Positions 40,230 to 50,563 of a DNA stretch of 64,000 nucleotides are shown here, one piece after another. The notes beneath the pieces are model-generated. The model was not told the origin of the DNA. It worked only from the letters and a program-made list of their open reading frames with translations, and ran no database searches. Within the stretch, counting starts at the first letter, position 1. Every line of letters begins with the position of its first letter. Both the position numbers and the translations under genes were made by a program. Source of the stretch: Salinispira sp. (GTDB lineage Bacteria; Spirochaetota; Spirochaetia; DSM-27196; Salinispiraceae); assembly GCA_965226555.1 (NCBI GenBank), contig CBDDDG010000022.1:96001-160000 (forward strand). Reading direction: 5' to 3'.

Positions 40230-41405
40230 CTAAAAAATGAACCCTACGCCGACTTCAGCCCCGTATCCGCCGAGGCGGTGGTTTGCGAAGGTATCGCCGT
40301 CCTCGCCAATTTGGGCATTTAGGGTAAAGTACAGGGTGAACCCCTGGTAGAGGTTGAAACTTCCCTGCGCAATAATAATTGCAGAGAGATCAATCGGTGA
40401 AACAATTGAACGCAGAGAAGCGGTGAAAATACGGTCCACAGTGAAGGAAGTTTCCGCATATCCGTATATCCCCAAAGGAGAAACAGCGCCGCTCACGCCG
40501 CTCATTCCTCCTGCATCAGCATTCACACTGAAGGGATGGGCGAGGTCTACAAGAAGTTCTGCCCGCATACCGAAGCCGAATTCCGAGCCTCCGTCTTCGG
40601 GAATAAAATTTTCAAAGAAAAATAGTCCGCCGCTTGCCTGCAGTCCCGTAAAAAAATCTTCCGCGCTCCCTCCTACATGTTCTTCGCTCAGCGATATGGA
40701 AGAATTGAGAAACCAGTTGAGCCCTTCACCGCCCTGTAAACTCACATATACTTGATGAAGATCATCCATTCCCTTGAAAAGATATCCGCCCTCCAGTTTC
40801 AGGGAGATATCGGCAAACTCGGTAAGAAAACGCCCCCCGAATGACGGAAGGTCGGTAAGCGGCGCCGGGTCGACAAACGGCATCGGCGGAAGGATAAGTG
40901 CTTCCAGAAACGAGAAACGATCAATGGGAATGTAAATACTGCCCAGCCATGCGCTATTATCGCGCAGTTCTTCCGCAGAGAAGTTGACATTAAGATCGCC
41001 GGAATCGGCAAGAAGATCTCCAGAGTTGAAAACAAAACCCTCACCCCATGAAATTATTGTCTTTCCAATGGTCAGACGCAGGGAATCGAAACGAATACCC
41101 AAATACATCTTATCGAGAATAATTTCAGAACTTTCCGGACGAATAGTGCTAACATTGGCAAGCAAACTGAGATGTCCCTTCACATTTCGGTTACCTCGTG
41201 CATCAAGAGTGAACCGTCCGCTGCCATTAATACCATAAACAGCAGCCGGATCTTCAGGCGCCGGATCAGAATCCGGATTAAGAGCAAGGCTGTTTTTCAG
41301 ATCAATGCGGACCGAGCTTTGAATTTCAGCAGACAGAGCAGACGGAATTATCAGCCCAGCCAGAATACAGAAAAGAATAAAGACATTCCTTCCCGCTATT
41401 GCCAT
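40230..41405 (-). CDS. Putative outer-membrane beta-barrel protein
   Basis: Signal peptide, alternating beta-strand pattern, IGKTIISWGEG motif and C-terminal Phe; last gene of the Lol-like operon. Confidence 0.6.
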   Translation of the reverse strand: MAIAGRNVFILFCILAGLIIPSALSAEIQSSVRIDLKNSLALNPDSDPAPEDPAAVYGINGSGRFTLDARGNRNVKGHLSLLANVSTIRPESSEIILDKMYLGIRFDSLRLTIGKTIISWGEGFVFNSGDLLADSGDLNVNFSAEELRDNSAWLGSIYIPIDRFSFLEALILPPMPFVDPAPLTDLPSFGGRFLTEFADISLKLEGGYLFKGMDDLHQVYVSLQGGEGLNWFLNSSISLSEEHVGGSAEDFFTGLQASGGLFFFENFIPEDGGSEFGFGMRAELLVDLAHPFSVNADAGGMSGVSGAVSPLGIYGYAETSFTVDRIFTASLRSIVSPIDLSAIIIAQGSFNLYQGFTLYFTLNAQIGEDGDTFANHRLGGYGAEVGVGFIF

Positions 41406-41415
41406 GTCAATTCCT

Positions 41416-42156
41416 CTACCATGTCAATTCCTCAATTGAGAAGAAATCGATATCCAGCGGATAGTCTGGTTCAATATCGTCAATGATAAATTCAGTATAG
41501 GAATTTTTCTTGAGTGTATCATCAATACGTATGTGAACCGGAACGGTATACTTACCAATATCCTGAAAATCGAGAACCGATTCTTCCTTTATGAGGCGAT
41601 TGCTCAGGGAGTATTTTTCAGAGCCGACGCCATTCAAATTGTCATCAATCCAGATAATCTGGCGGGGGTAGGGAACAGATGCTTTTTTTGCCTTGAGTTC
41701 AATACGGTAAAGTTCTCCTCCCGCATCCTGCTCTTCTATCTGAAAAGCGGTAACCTCATAATCGGTTAACATGGATCTTTCCCCCGTGAGATCTTCATAG
41801 CTGGCATCACTGCCGAGGATGCCGTCTCCGAGAGCCGAACCAAAAAGGCGAATAACTTCCTCAGCGTCCGGATAATAAATATAGATATCATCATCGCTGC
41901 GCAGGATTTTCTGTCCGAATTCTTCCACACTGGTAAATTCAATGAGACTGTAATCGCTTCCGAGTGAGTAACTGTCAAAGCTACTAATTTTTTCCCCAAA
42001 GCGGTCATGTATAATAAGTCTTCCGCTCACGAAAGCACTGCTAAATACTTCCTTATCCTCCATCTGACGAATGATATTTTCGGCTTCACCAAACTGCGCA
42101 AGCAGCGGAAGTGAGATGCTTAATAGTATACATACCGCAAGTATATTTCTCTTCAT
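41416..42156 (-). CDS. Outer-membrane lipoprotein-sorting (LolA-like) protein
   Basis: Signal peptide; GQKILR...YIYYP, LGSDASYEDL and final FSIEEL motifs. Confidence 0.8.
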   Translation of the reverse strand: MKRNILAVCILLSISLPLLAQFGEAENIIRQMEDKEVFSSAFVSGRLIIHDRFGEKISSFDSYSLGSDYSLIEFTSVEEFGQKILRSDDDIYIYYPDAEEVIRLFGSALGDGILGSDASYEDLTGERSMLTDYEVTAFQIEEQDAGGELYRIELKAKKASVPYPRQIIWIDDNLNGVGSEKYSLSNRLIKEESVLDFQDIGKYTVPVHIRIDDTLKKNSYTEFIIDDIEPDYPLDIDFFSIEELTW

Positions 42157-42176
42157 ATATGGACTCCTCTATTCCT

Positions 42177-43406
42177 TTATATTGACCGCATTGCCTCAAC
42201 AGGTTTGATCTTTGCCGCGCGGCGCGAAGGCAGCAGGCTGATTCCTGAAGCGACAAAAATACCTGTTACTAAGGCGATAATAATGTTGTAAACAGTAAGT
42301 TTCGGATACATAATTCCGCTGATCTGAAAATCTATTCCCCCCATCGCATCAGTGAAATCAATTCCTGTCTGTTCGAGAACAAGCGTGAGAATAGATCCGG
42401 CAACAACCCCTATTACCGAGCCGATAGCGCTAATAAAGAACGATTCCATGAAGAACATTTTCACAATGTTTTTGCCCTCCATACCCATACTCGCCAGAGT
42501 TCCAATTTCTTTTGTGCGTTCGAAAATTATCATCATAATTGTATTGATAATGACAGTAGACGCAAGGAGATAGAATATCATACCAATGATATAATACGAT
42601 ATCTGCGCGAGGGCAATAAACATGTAGGCTGAAGGAATTTCCCGCCATGACTCAACGGCCGCATCAGCATTTATTCCTTCCCGCTGAAAATCTGCCAACA
42701 CTGATGATGCCGCCTCGGCGCCTTCGCGAGTACTCACTCCATTTTCTGTGTGAAGAAGAATATCGACAACCCTATCTCCCATTTTTGTAAACCGCTGCGC
42801 GGTACTCAGGGGAATGTATGCTCCATGATTCAGATCATTCAGAGGAAGGGCGGCAATGCCGACAACCTCAAAGGTCATTCCATTACTGGCTCTGCGGAGC
42901 GTCATTGTTACGGCAGTAAATTTGTCGCCAACGGTAACCCCCAGTTCTTCGGCTGCCTTTTTTCCGAGAATAACCTCCCGTCCTTCAGGAATGCGGCCTT
43001 CAATGAGAAAATCCTGTATGTTGAAAGGATCTTCTGAAAACTGAAGTCCTGTCATTAACAGACCGAGTTCTTCATCGTTCCGGAAAACAGCAGTAGGAAA
43101 ACGAATTCGTCCTCCTGCAGAAGCAAAACCCTCCGTCTCTCCAAGCTCCTCCAGAACTGCAGAGGCATTTTCGATACTGAGATGAAGCGGATTAAGGTTG
43201 GCATTTTTCTCAAACTCAGTATGACGCACGCGTATTTCACCGAAATAATAGCGCCGTAAATTATCCCTCATTTCAGCGGAGAGTCCGGCAAAAATTGAAA
43301 AGAGCAAGAGAATACTCATGGCGGCAATGGCAATGGCCGATGCTGCCAGAAGACTTCGCCGCTTATTGCGCAAAACATTGCGCCAGGCCATCGTATTGTT
43401 TTTCAT
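42177..43406 (-). CDS. ABC transporter permease, FtsX/LolE-like
   Basis: AWRNVLRNKRRS, ERTKEIGTLASMG, PSRRAAKIKPVEAMR. Confidence 0.9.
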   Translation of the reverse strand: MKNNTMAWRNVLRNKRRSLLAASAIAIAAMSILLLFSIFAGLSAEMRDNLRRYYFGEIRVRHTEFEKNANLNPLHLSIENASAVLEELGETEGFASAGGRIRFPTAVFRNDEELGLLMTGLQFSEDPFNIQDFLIEGRIPEGREVILGKKAAEELGVTVGDKFTAVTMTLRRASNGMTFEVVGIAALPLNDLNHGAYIPLSTAQRFTKMGDRVVDILLHTENGVSTREGAEAASSVLADFQREGINADAAVESWREIPSAYMFIALAQISYYIIGMIFYLLASTVIINTIMMIIFERTKEIGTLASMGMEGKNIVKMFFMESFFISAIGSVIGVVAGSILTLVLEQTGIDFTDAMGGIDFQISGIMYPKLTVYNIIIALVTGIFVASGISLLPSRRAAKIKPVEAMRSI

Positions 43407-43432
43407 ATCAACATTCTCCTCATGCTATGAAA

Positions 43433-44692
43433 TTAGGTATCTGAACTCAGACATTCCGTTATGTTCATTTTCATTGCCTGTCGGGTCGGAATAAGGGCGG
43501 AGACCATGGCCATGAGTGTTGCTGCGATGAGCGATAACACAAACATTTCCGGCCGCCATACACCCCGAAAGACTGAAGAAATCCGGTACCCGGCATCAAA
43601 ATCTCTGAGAAGAAATTCATAATTAATGCCAATTTCCACAAGAAAGGCAACAACTCCGGCTCCCAGAGCCAATCCTATGGCCCCGCCGATAATTCCTATG
43701 CCGCCGGCCTCAAGCAGAAAACTCAACATAATTTCCGAATTCTTCATGCCGAGCGCCCGCATCATTCCCAATTCACGGCGCCGTTCATACATGGCAAGGA
43801 GCATGGTGTTTGAAATTCCCACGAGGGCGATAATAAAGAGAATTCCGAGAATGACGGCAGAACTGGATTGTTTTGAAGCTGCCAGCAGAAGATAATCGGC
43901 AGCCAGATCCTGCCAGCTCAGTACCTCCACATCATTCCTGTTGGGAGGGAGAGCTTCCTGAATGACAGCAACTACTTCATCCGCCTCAGCGGTAATTGGA
44001 AAGGAAAGATCAATCTGCGTGACCGCTCCATTCAGCATGAGGAATTCATCAGCATACCCCTGATCCATGAGAATGACTCCCCGGTTAATAATAGGATTAC
44101 CGGTATTGACGAGTCCCACAATCTCCACATCGAATGTTTGATACGCGCCATCGTAGGTGCGCGTAACAATTGTTACCGAATATCCGATGTCCGCTCCAAT
44201 GTCTTCTGCCATCCATCCGCCCATAATAATCTGATTTGTGCCGGGCTCAATCCAGGTACTATTTTCGGTGAGATCATTTTGAAAACGATACACAGTGGAA
44301 TCGGTGAGGGGATCAATTGCGGTAACACGTACCTGAAGCGACCCATCTTCGGGGAAGGGGTCCTTATATACAACCATTTCTCCATTAAAAACGCTGCGGG
44401 CAGTTGCTTTCAGACCAGCGGAACGGAGATTGTTGAGGATTTGATCCGGGTTCTCAATAAGGTTTTTGAGATTTGCCCGCTCCCATTCGTCAACATTTTC
44501 ACGGTGGTATATACGGGCAGAGGATGTTTCATACCAAATGAGGTTTCTTTCAGAATCGCGTTCTCCGCCCTGAAGCATACTGTCGACAAACAAGAACATC
44601 ATAATTCCTATGGAAATGGCCGATGCGGTTATAAGCGTTCGTTTTGTATGCCGGGCGAGGTTTTTCCAGGAAAGCCGTAAAAAGAATTTCAT
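43433..44692 (-). CDS. ABC transporter permease, FtsX/LolC-like
   Basis: SWKNLARHTKRT and ERRRELGMMRALGM. Confidence 0.9.
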   Translation of the reverse strand: MKFFLRLSWKNLARHTKRTLITASAISIGIMMFLFVDSMLQGGERDSERNLIWYETSSARIYHRENVDEWERANLKNLIENPDQILNNLRSAGLKATARSVFNGEMVVYKDPFPEDGSLQVRVTAIDPLTDSTVYRFQNDLTENSTWIEPGTNQIIMGGWMAEDIGADIGYSVTIVTRTYDGAYQTFDVEIVGLVNTGNPIINRGVILMDQGYADEFLMLNGAVTQIDLSFPITAEADEVVAVIQEALPPNRNDVEVLSWQDLAADYLLLAASKQSSSAVILGILFIIALVGISNTMLLAMYERRRELGMMRALGMKNSEIMLSFLLEAGGIGIIGGAIGLALGAGVVAFLVEIGINYEFLLRDFDAGYRISSVFRGVWRPEMFVLSLIAATLMAMVSALIPTRQAMKMNITECLSSDT

Positions 44693-45372
44693 TCTTTCCT
44701 CCGTTTATCGCTCTGAATTTTTCCGTCATGAAGTAATATCAGCCGGTTTGCATAATCCATAACCATTTTATCGTGTGTGCTGAAAATGAAGGTGTTGCTA
44801 TACCTGTCGTTCATGGATTTCATGAGTTCCAGAATCTCCTGGCCGGTTTCACTGTCGAGATTGGCTGTTGGTTCATCAGCGAGAATGATTGTCGGATTCT
44901 TTATGAGCGCGCGGGCAATAGCTACCCGTTGCTGCTGCCCCCCCGAAAGTTTGTTCGGGCGGCGATTTTCCATACCTTCCAGTCCTACTTCACTGAGAAG
45001 CTTCATAACCTTCTCATGTATTTCCTTATCGGAAAATTTAAGTAGTTGGAGCGGAAGAGCGACATTTTCCCAAGCGCTGAGCACGGGAATGAGATTGAAC
45101 GATTGAAAAATAAAGCCGAGTTTTTCGCGCCGGTAGCCGGCCAGTTTTTTGAGAGAAATGGAACTTACTTCGGTACCGTCAATGCTTACGGTTCCGCTAT
45201 CGGCGCTGTCGATACAACCAATAATGTTCAACAGGGTCGTTTTTCCCGATCCGCTCGGTCCGGCAATGGAAAGAAACTCTCCCTGCTCAATATCTACACT
45301 CACGCCTCTGAGGGCATGCACTACCACATCTCCGGTTTTATATTGTCGATAAACATCTTTAATGACAATCAT
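44689..45372 (-). CDS. ABC transporter ATP-binding protein (LolD/MacB-like)
   Basis: [32 protein letters not shown]. Confidence 0.95.
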   Translation of the reverse strand: MIVIKDVYRQYKTGDVVVHALRGVSVDIEQGEFLSIAGPSGSGKTTLLNIIGCIDSADSGTVSIDGTEVSSISLKKLAGYRREKLGFIFQSFNLIPVLSAWENVALPLQLLKFSDKEIHEKVMKLLSEVGLEGMENRRPNKLSGGQQQRVAIARALIKNPTIILADEPTANLDSETGQEILELMKSMNDRYSNTFIFSTHDKMVMDYANRLILLHDGKIQSDKRRKE

Positions 45373-45386
45373 AATTCATCCTCCCT

Positions 45387-45439
45387 GAAACTTTTGCTAC
45401 TGGAAATTGCGCACGCGCAATTTTCCAATGCAAAACTTT
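45387..45439. repeat. Palindromic repeat, long type, copy 5 (compensatory stem variant)
   Basis: GAAACTTTTGCTACTGGAAATTGCGC-AC-GCGCAATTTTCCAATGCAAAACTTT. Confidence 0.88.
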
Positions 45440-45539
45440 GTCGCTGAAACTTTTGCATTGCGCTGATTATTTCCCATATGTAATACACTTATTATAGCTA
45501 TGTCAAGCATTATTTTTTGCCAAAATTCAAAAATTACCA

Positions 45540-45569
45540 TTGCACAATGGTTTTTGGATATGATACAAT
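45540..45569 (+). promoter_or_regulatory. Candidate sigma70 promoter for the lipoprotein gene
   Basis: TTGCAC-18 nt-TACAAT with a TGn extended -10. Confidence 0.4.
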
Positions 45570-45606
45570 ACAACAATCTTAAACTATGACCATGAGGAGC
45601 TATATC

Positions 45607-47550
45607 ATGAATGTCAAATTATACAAGGGAATCCGTTTTCTAGTCTGCGCAATGTTTATTGTATTGATTGTTGCATGTCCAATGCCGGAACCCGAACCAA
45701 CCCCGCCGGGTACCATGGCTGCCCCAACCCTTGAAGCAGGGAATGGGCAAATCATTGCTGCATGGACTGCGCCGACCGATACCGGCGGCAGCGCCATTAC
45801 CGCGTATCACCTTCGCCATAACGCGGACGGCGGCACAACCGTAAATATTTTTATCGAAGTCCCCGCGCCAGCCGCAGCCTACACCATTACGGGACTCACA
45901 AACGGCGCCCCCTACCAAGTACAGGTACGCGCCGTGAACGCTCAGGGCGATGGTGATTGGTCGGGGAGCGCCGCCGCAACCCCCGTTGCCGTTCCCATGG
46001 CGCCGACAGCTCTCACGTTCACCGTTGGAGAGAATTATATCACCGCGGCATGGACTGCGCCGACCGACAACGGCGGCAGCGATATCCTTCGGTATGAACT
46101 GGAACATCGCGAAGCCGATGCACCCGAGTGGGAACCTGCCATTGCCACCGCCGATGCCGACACCCTGACCCTCACCATCCCCGGCCTCACGAAAGGTACC
46201 GAGTACGATGTACAGGTATACGCTGTTAATGCGGAGGGTAACGGTAACCCCACGGAAATTCTCAGCGAAACTCCGGTTAGCACGCCCGACGCGCCCAATG
46301 CTCCAACCCTCACCCCGGGGAAGGCCCAGATCGCCGCGACATGGAACCCACCCGCCGACAACGGCGGCAGCCCCATTACCGGGTATGAGTTGCAGTATCG
46401 CGAATTCGGAGTAACCGCTTGGGAAAATGCTTCCGGCATCGGCGCAAACACAACCCACACCATCACCGAACTGAAAAACAGCACCACATACGAAGTACGG
46501 GTGCGCGCAGTCAACACGCCGGGCACTGGCGACTGGTCGGCAATTGCAACAGCAACACCGCTTTTTGCAACGCCGATTCCTTCTGATACCCTCGCCGTTC
46601 TTTCGGATGATATTACTACCCTTATTACCGATGAGAATCTAACCGTTAAATTGACCGTTGTGGAACCGGGCACTCTTGTGGTCAATGAAATGTCGGGAGC
46701 TATTACGGTCACCCCCGTAACTCTGCCCGATGGGGTCACCCCGCCGGCAGTTAATGCAAGTACCGGAGTTATTACGGTTACTGCGAATACAACGGCCGGA
46801 ACCTATCTGGTATATGGTGAAAACGGAAGCAATGTTGTTCTGTTTGCCGAGTATTTCTACGTTACCGAGAGCCCTCAAAATAGAACTGAACTGGAAGCAG
46901 CGGTAACCGCAGGAATATCAACCTGGGGCCAAACTGCCGACCTCAACTACATTATTACCACGGCAGTAAGGGATATGTCCTTAATGTTCAAGGATAAATA
47001 CACATTCAATGGCGATATCTCACTCTGGGATGTCAGCTCGGTAACGAACATTGGCGCTATGTTCCGTTCAGCACGGGCATTCAATGGCGATCTCTCTGGG
47101 TGGGATGTCAGTTCGGTAACTAATATGGCGAATATGTTCACTGACGCACACGTATTCAATGGCGATATTTCCGCATGGAATACTGGAGCGGTAACGGATA
47201 TGTCGTGGATGTTCGCTGCCGCAAAAGTATTTAATATCGATATTTCAGTCTGGGATGTCGGTTCGGTAACGGATATGGCGAATATGTTCAACATTGCAGC
47301 TGAATTCAATTACGATATCTCGGAATGGGATGTCAGTTCGGTAACGAATATGGATGATATGTTCCGTGAAGCAAGCGCATTCAATCAGAATCTTAACGAC
47401 TGGGCATGGGATAACTCGATGGACCCGCCGGTTCACTGGAACAATACTAACTGGACTAATGGCACATATAACGGAACCAAAAGCAATATGTTTTTGGGTT
47501 CCGGCGTGGTGGCTGCGGGCGGTGTGGGTGTTCCAATGTGGTATCAATAA
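45607..47550 (+). CDS. Surface lipoprotein with three fibronectin type III domains and DUF285/BspA-like repeats
   Basis: Lipobox IVAC then a Pro-rich linker; three WxxPxDxGGS...Y.V.V.AVN..G.G FN3 units; about five 25-aa FNGDISxWDVSSVTNM..MF repeats (75-nt period). GAGGAG RBS. Confidence 0.88.
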   Translation: MNVKLYKGIRFLVCAMFIVLIVACPMPEPEPTPPGTMAAPTLEAGNGQIIAAWTAPTDTGGSAITAYHLRHNADGGTTVNIFIEVPAPAAAYTITGLTNGAPYQVQVRAVNAQGDGDWSGSAAATPVAVPMAPTALTFTVGENYITAAWTAPTDNGGSDILRYELEHREADAPEWEPAIATADADTLTLTIPGLTKGTEYDVQVYAVNAEGNGNPTEILSETPVSTPDAPNAPTLTPGKAQIAATWNPPADNGGSPITGYELQYREFGVTAWENASGIGANTTHTITELKNSTTYEVRVRAVNTPGTGDWSAIATATPLFATPIPSDTLAVLSDDITTLITDENLTVKLTVVEPGTLVVNEMSGAITVTPVTLPDGVTPPAVNASTGVITVTANTTAGTYLVYGENGSNVVLFAEYFYVTESPQNRTELEAAVTAGISTWGQTADLNYIITTAVRDMSLMFKDKYTFNGDISLWDVSSVTNIGAMFRSARAFNGDLSGWDVSSVTNMANMFTDAHVFNGDISAWNTGAVTDMSWMFAAAKVFNIDISVWDVGSVTDMANMFNIAAEFNYDISEWDVSSVTNMDDMFREASAFNQNLNDWAWDNSMDPPVHWNNTNWTNGTYNGTKSNMFLGSGVVAAGGVGVPMWYQ

Positions 47551-47577
47551 ATCTGCATGAATAGAAAGTTTCTCAGG

Positions 47578-50517
47578 TCAAATCAGATTGTAATGTTTTG
47601 CTGTATTGAATAATTTATTGTTCCAGATTGAATTTTTGAGAAAGAGCCGCTTATCCATTGGTTCATCAATGTTGTTTGAACGTTCCTGAAGAATTTTTAC
47701 AGCTCTGCTGAGGGTGGTAAGCCAATCTCTCTTATTTTCATTTTCTGACGACTGTTCCAACATACAAAAGTACCAGTAAAGAATGATGCTTAAATGAGGA
47801 TCGGTTGAAGAAATCTTTTTTTCCCGCGTGAGCCAGTGAAAATTTTTGATGCTTTCTTCGGTATTTCCATTTTTTCCCATGGCAAAGGCAGTAATGGCAT
47901 AACGGAAATTAATGAGAGTGCTATCTTCCGCTGGATCTGAGACAAGCAGATCTTCAATCCATGAAAAACCGTGTTTCCATGTAAACATAAAGGAGAAGGG
48001 GTGCCGTTTCGGTTTTTCTTCTTCCTGCCGGAGAACTGTGAGCGCGTTGCTGAACTGTCCCCGCATAATGAACGATTCAGCCGTAAACAGAATTACTTCA
48101 GATGTCTGCGGAAGCCGTTTAAGTATTTTCATACCTGCCTTGAACATCCCCCGATACATAAAGCAACGGGCAATCCATACGTAAAAGAGCTCATGAATTG
48201 CCTGAAATCCTCTATGAACGTTGAGTTGCCGTGTAAGGGTAATCTGCGCTTTCTGATACTCTCCCAAAGCAAAGTAGGTTCGCGCCATGAGAAAGGACGC
48301 AGCATCTACCCAACTGTACTGTCCTGTTCGGGTCAATCGCGCGAGGAGACCATGATCACCCGTGAGTTTGTGCTTGACATCACTGTACCTGCACCGTACA
48401 AAATTATTCAGCACAGACATAAATTGCGCAAATATACGATTACATTCACCAGCGGTATTGTTTTTTTCTACTATCGAAAAATAGTAGCAGGCTTCCTGGT
48501 GTCTGCTGAGACGATGATAGAGGTATCCGAAGATATTGTTTGCCTGACAGAGGCTCTGTTCATCATTGAGCTGCTGGGCAAGAATAATTGTTTCCTTGCA
48601 ATTGTGCTTTGCCTTGTGAATATCCTCTTCCTGTATGTGGAGTCCGGTTTGTATAATGAGCCATTGTTCTTTCCAGAAATTGTCACCTGAAAATATACGG
48701 GGAATGCGTATTTTTGAAAATGCGCCCGCTCCTCTGGCTGCGCCCGCTTCCCCGTCCCCGCCCGCTTCCAGAGTAATTTCGGCATTAATAAGATCCTGTG
48801 TTTCCCTGTTCAAGGCAGTAGCGGCGATCTGCTGGGCCCGGGCATATTGACGGTGATCAATGAGCATTTTTGCATAACGGTATGTGGCAGGCAGATATGT
48901 CTGATGTTTACCGAGTTTGCTTATAACATTGATGAGACCATCTTGTAATCGTACCGCATTACCGGGGTCAAATATAAATTTCAGCGTATCGGGTATGAGG
49001 CCGGTCTGACTATATGTATGAGCGAGTCTGATAATTACATCGGTAAACGCAATGTTGTGCGTATGAAAAATATAGCCCTTTTTCCTGAGTTCCCGGTACA
49101 ATTCAGCGGTTTCCGTATGCGATCGTTCCCGCGTATGAAAAAATGCAAAAACCTGATCTCTGCTCAGCCAAGGCCCAAAAAGCATAAGAAAATACAACAG
49201 TTCTCTAGCCGCATCGCTGAGGATGCTGAGACTTCGCTGAATTATTCCCTGCGAGGGGGGCATGGCGCTTCGGCCGAAATTCCGGAGACGGCTTGGAGGT
49301 ATTTTAATAAAATACTCTTTGTTATTCAGAATGTGGTACAGAGCGCTCAGTTTCTGCTCCGATATTTCGAACACATATTCTATTCCCCGATCCGAGAATT
49401 TATGCTTTTTGCAGAGAGTATAAATTTCTTCTTTATTCTGTATGTTCAGGGAAGTGAATATGCTCTCAAGCGCAAGCGCCTGAGAAGGCACATACTCTTT
49501 TTCTCCGATAAAAAACCAGAAAAGGCGCGATTTTTCCTTCCCCGACTTCATGAGAAATGTGAGAAAGAGTTGTTCATCGGCGCTGAGTTTTCTTCGGCAG
49601 TAGATAATGACAAGCGGAACTGTTCCCCGCGCATAACTCCTGCGGGAATGTGCGTAAAGGTATATTTGCAGGGCAATGCTCATGTCGCGTTCTGTTTTTT
49701 CACTGATAGATGTCGGGAATGAAGAAGAAATTTCCGGGTAATGGTTCCACAGTACAATGCGCTTTTCTCTCCAGACAATTTTTTCTGTTTCGCTGAGTTC
49801 ATCTTCCACCCATTGTACCTTCCGCATGTTTATGGAACGGGCAATGGCAGGCAGGAGATCCTGAGCTTCCTCAATTACCGCATACATACATTTACCCTGA
49901 GCATCGGAATCGCAGAGATAATGGATAATACCGGAGCCGACAAGGTGAATGCCATTACATTCATCTCCGCTGATATGTACTTCTCCGGGAAGCTCCTTCC
50001 CATTGATCCACGGAGCTAATTGATCAAATAATTTTTCAAAAAATGGGTGCCGTATTATCCAGTGAGTAATGTTATCAACATTCCGATAATCCTGCGGTTT
50101 CATATCGGAAATTCGTAAGAGTCCGTCTGATGTATATTCCGAAAATAAGTGGGACATAAGCGATGCCGCATTTTCCCCCAGATACAGTCCCCAGCGTTCT
50201 CGAATTTTCAGGGTGAGCAATGAGATTCTGAGATGTTCCCTTTCATCATATTTTTCAAGAATAAGGTTATATCCATGGAGAATATCTTCATAGGAACTGA
50301 GGATATCCTTCAGGACGAAGAGTATCTGAACCAGTTCCCGGTATTCATCGGGAATGGAGCCCCTGTAGGTATAGATAAAATAGTTCGTATTTTCTTTTGA
50401 TAATGTGCCCCATTTTTCGCAGCGCGCCTTTATTATGCCAACAAGTTTTGTGGATTTTTCAGGTTCAATAATAAGCAACTGTGATAATTGATGGATATCG
50501 ATGAGCAGATAAAACAT
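47578..50517 (-). CDS. Large hypothetical protein with TPR-like helical C-terminal half
   Basis: 979-aa intact ORF with helical repeats such as ARTYFALGEYQKA. Confidence 0.55.
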   Translation of the reverse strand: MFYLLIDIHQLSQLLIIEPEKSTKLVGIIKARCEKWGTLSKENTNYFIYTYRGSIPDEYRELVQILFVLKDILSSYEDILHGYNLILEKYDEREHLRISLLTLKIRERWGLYLGENAASLMSHLFSEYTSDGLLRISDMKPQDYRNVDNITHWIIRHPFFEKLFDQLAPWINGKELPGEVHISGDECNGIHLVGSGIIHYLCDSDAQGKCMYAVIEEAQDLLPAIARSINMRKVQWVEDELSETEKIVWREKRIVLWNHYPEISSSFPTSISEKTERDMSIALQIYLYAHSRRSYARGTVPLVIIYCRRKLSADEQLFLTFLMKSGKEKSRLFWFFIGEKEYVPSQALALESIFTSLNIQNKEEIYTLCKKHKFSDRGIEYVFEISEQKLSALYHILNNKEYFIKIPPSRLRNFGRSAMPPSQGIIQRSLSILSDAARELLYFLMLFGPWLSRDQVFAFFHTRERSHTETAELYRELRKKGYIFHTHNIAFTDVIIRLAHTYSQTGLIPDTLKFIFDPGNAVRLQDGLINVISKLGKHQTYLPATYRYAKMLIDHRQYARAQQIAATALNRETQDLINAEITLEAGGDGEAGAARGAGAFSKIRIPRIFSGDNFWKEQWLIIQTGLHIQEEDIHKAKHNCKETIILAQQLNDEQSLCQANNIFGYLYHRLSRHQEACYYFSIVEKNNTAGECNRIFAQFMSVLNNFVRCRYSDVKHKLTGDHGLLARLTRTGQYSWVDAASFLMARTYFALGEYQKAQITLTRQLNVHRGFQAIHELFYVWIARCFMYRGMFKAGMKILKRLPQTSEVILFTAESFIMRGQFSNALTVLRQEEEKPKRHPFSFMFTWKHGFSWIEDLLVSDPAEDSTLINFRYAITAFAMGKNGNTEESIKNFHWLTREKKISSTDPHLSIILYWYFCMLEQSSENENKRDWLTTLSRAVKILQERSNNIDEPMDKRLFLKNSIWNNKLFNTAKHYNLI

Positions 50518-50563
50518 AAAATTTTCTTGATATTGTTGCTCTTTTTTGTGAAATAGTCAATGA

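Noticed and set aside
46960..47550. Diversity-generating retroelement target (variable repeats at the lipoprotein C-terminus)
   Set aside because: No reverse transcriptase or template repeat in the window; the repeats are ordinary DUF285 coding units.
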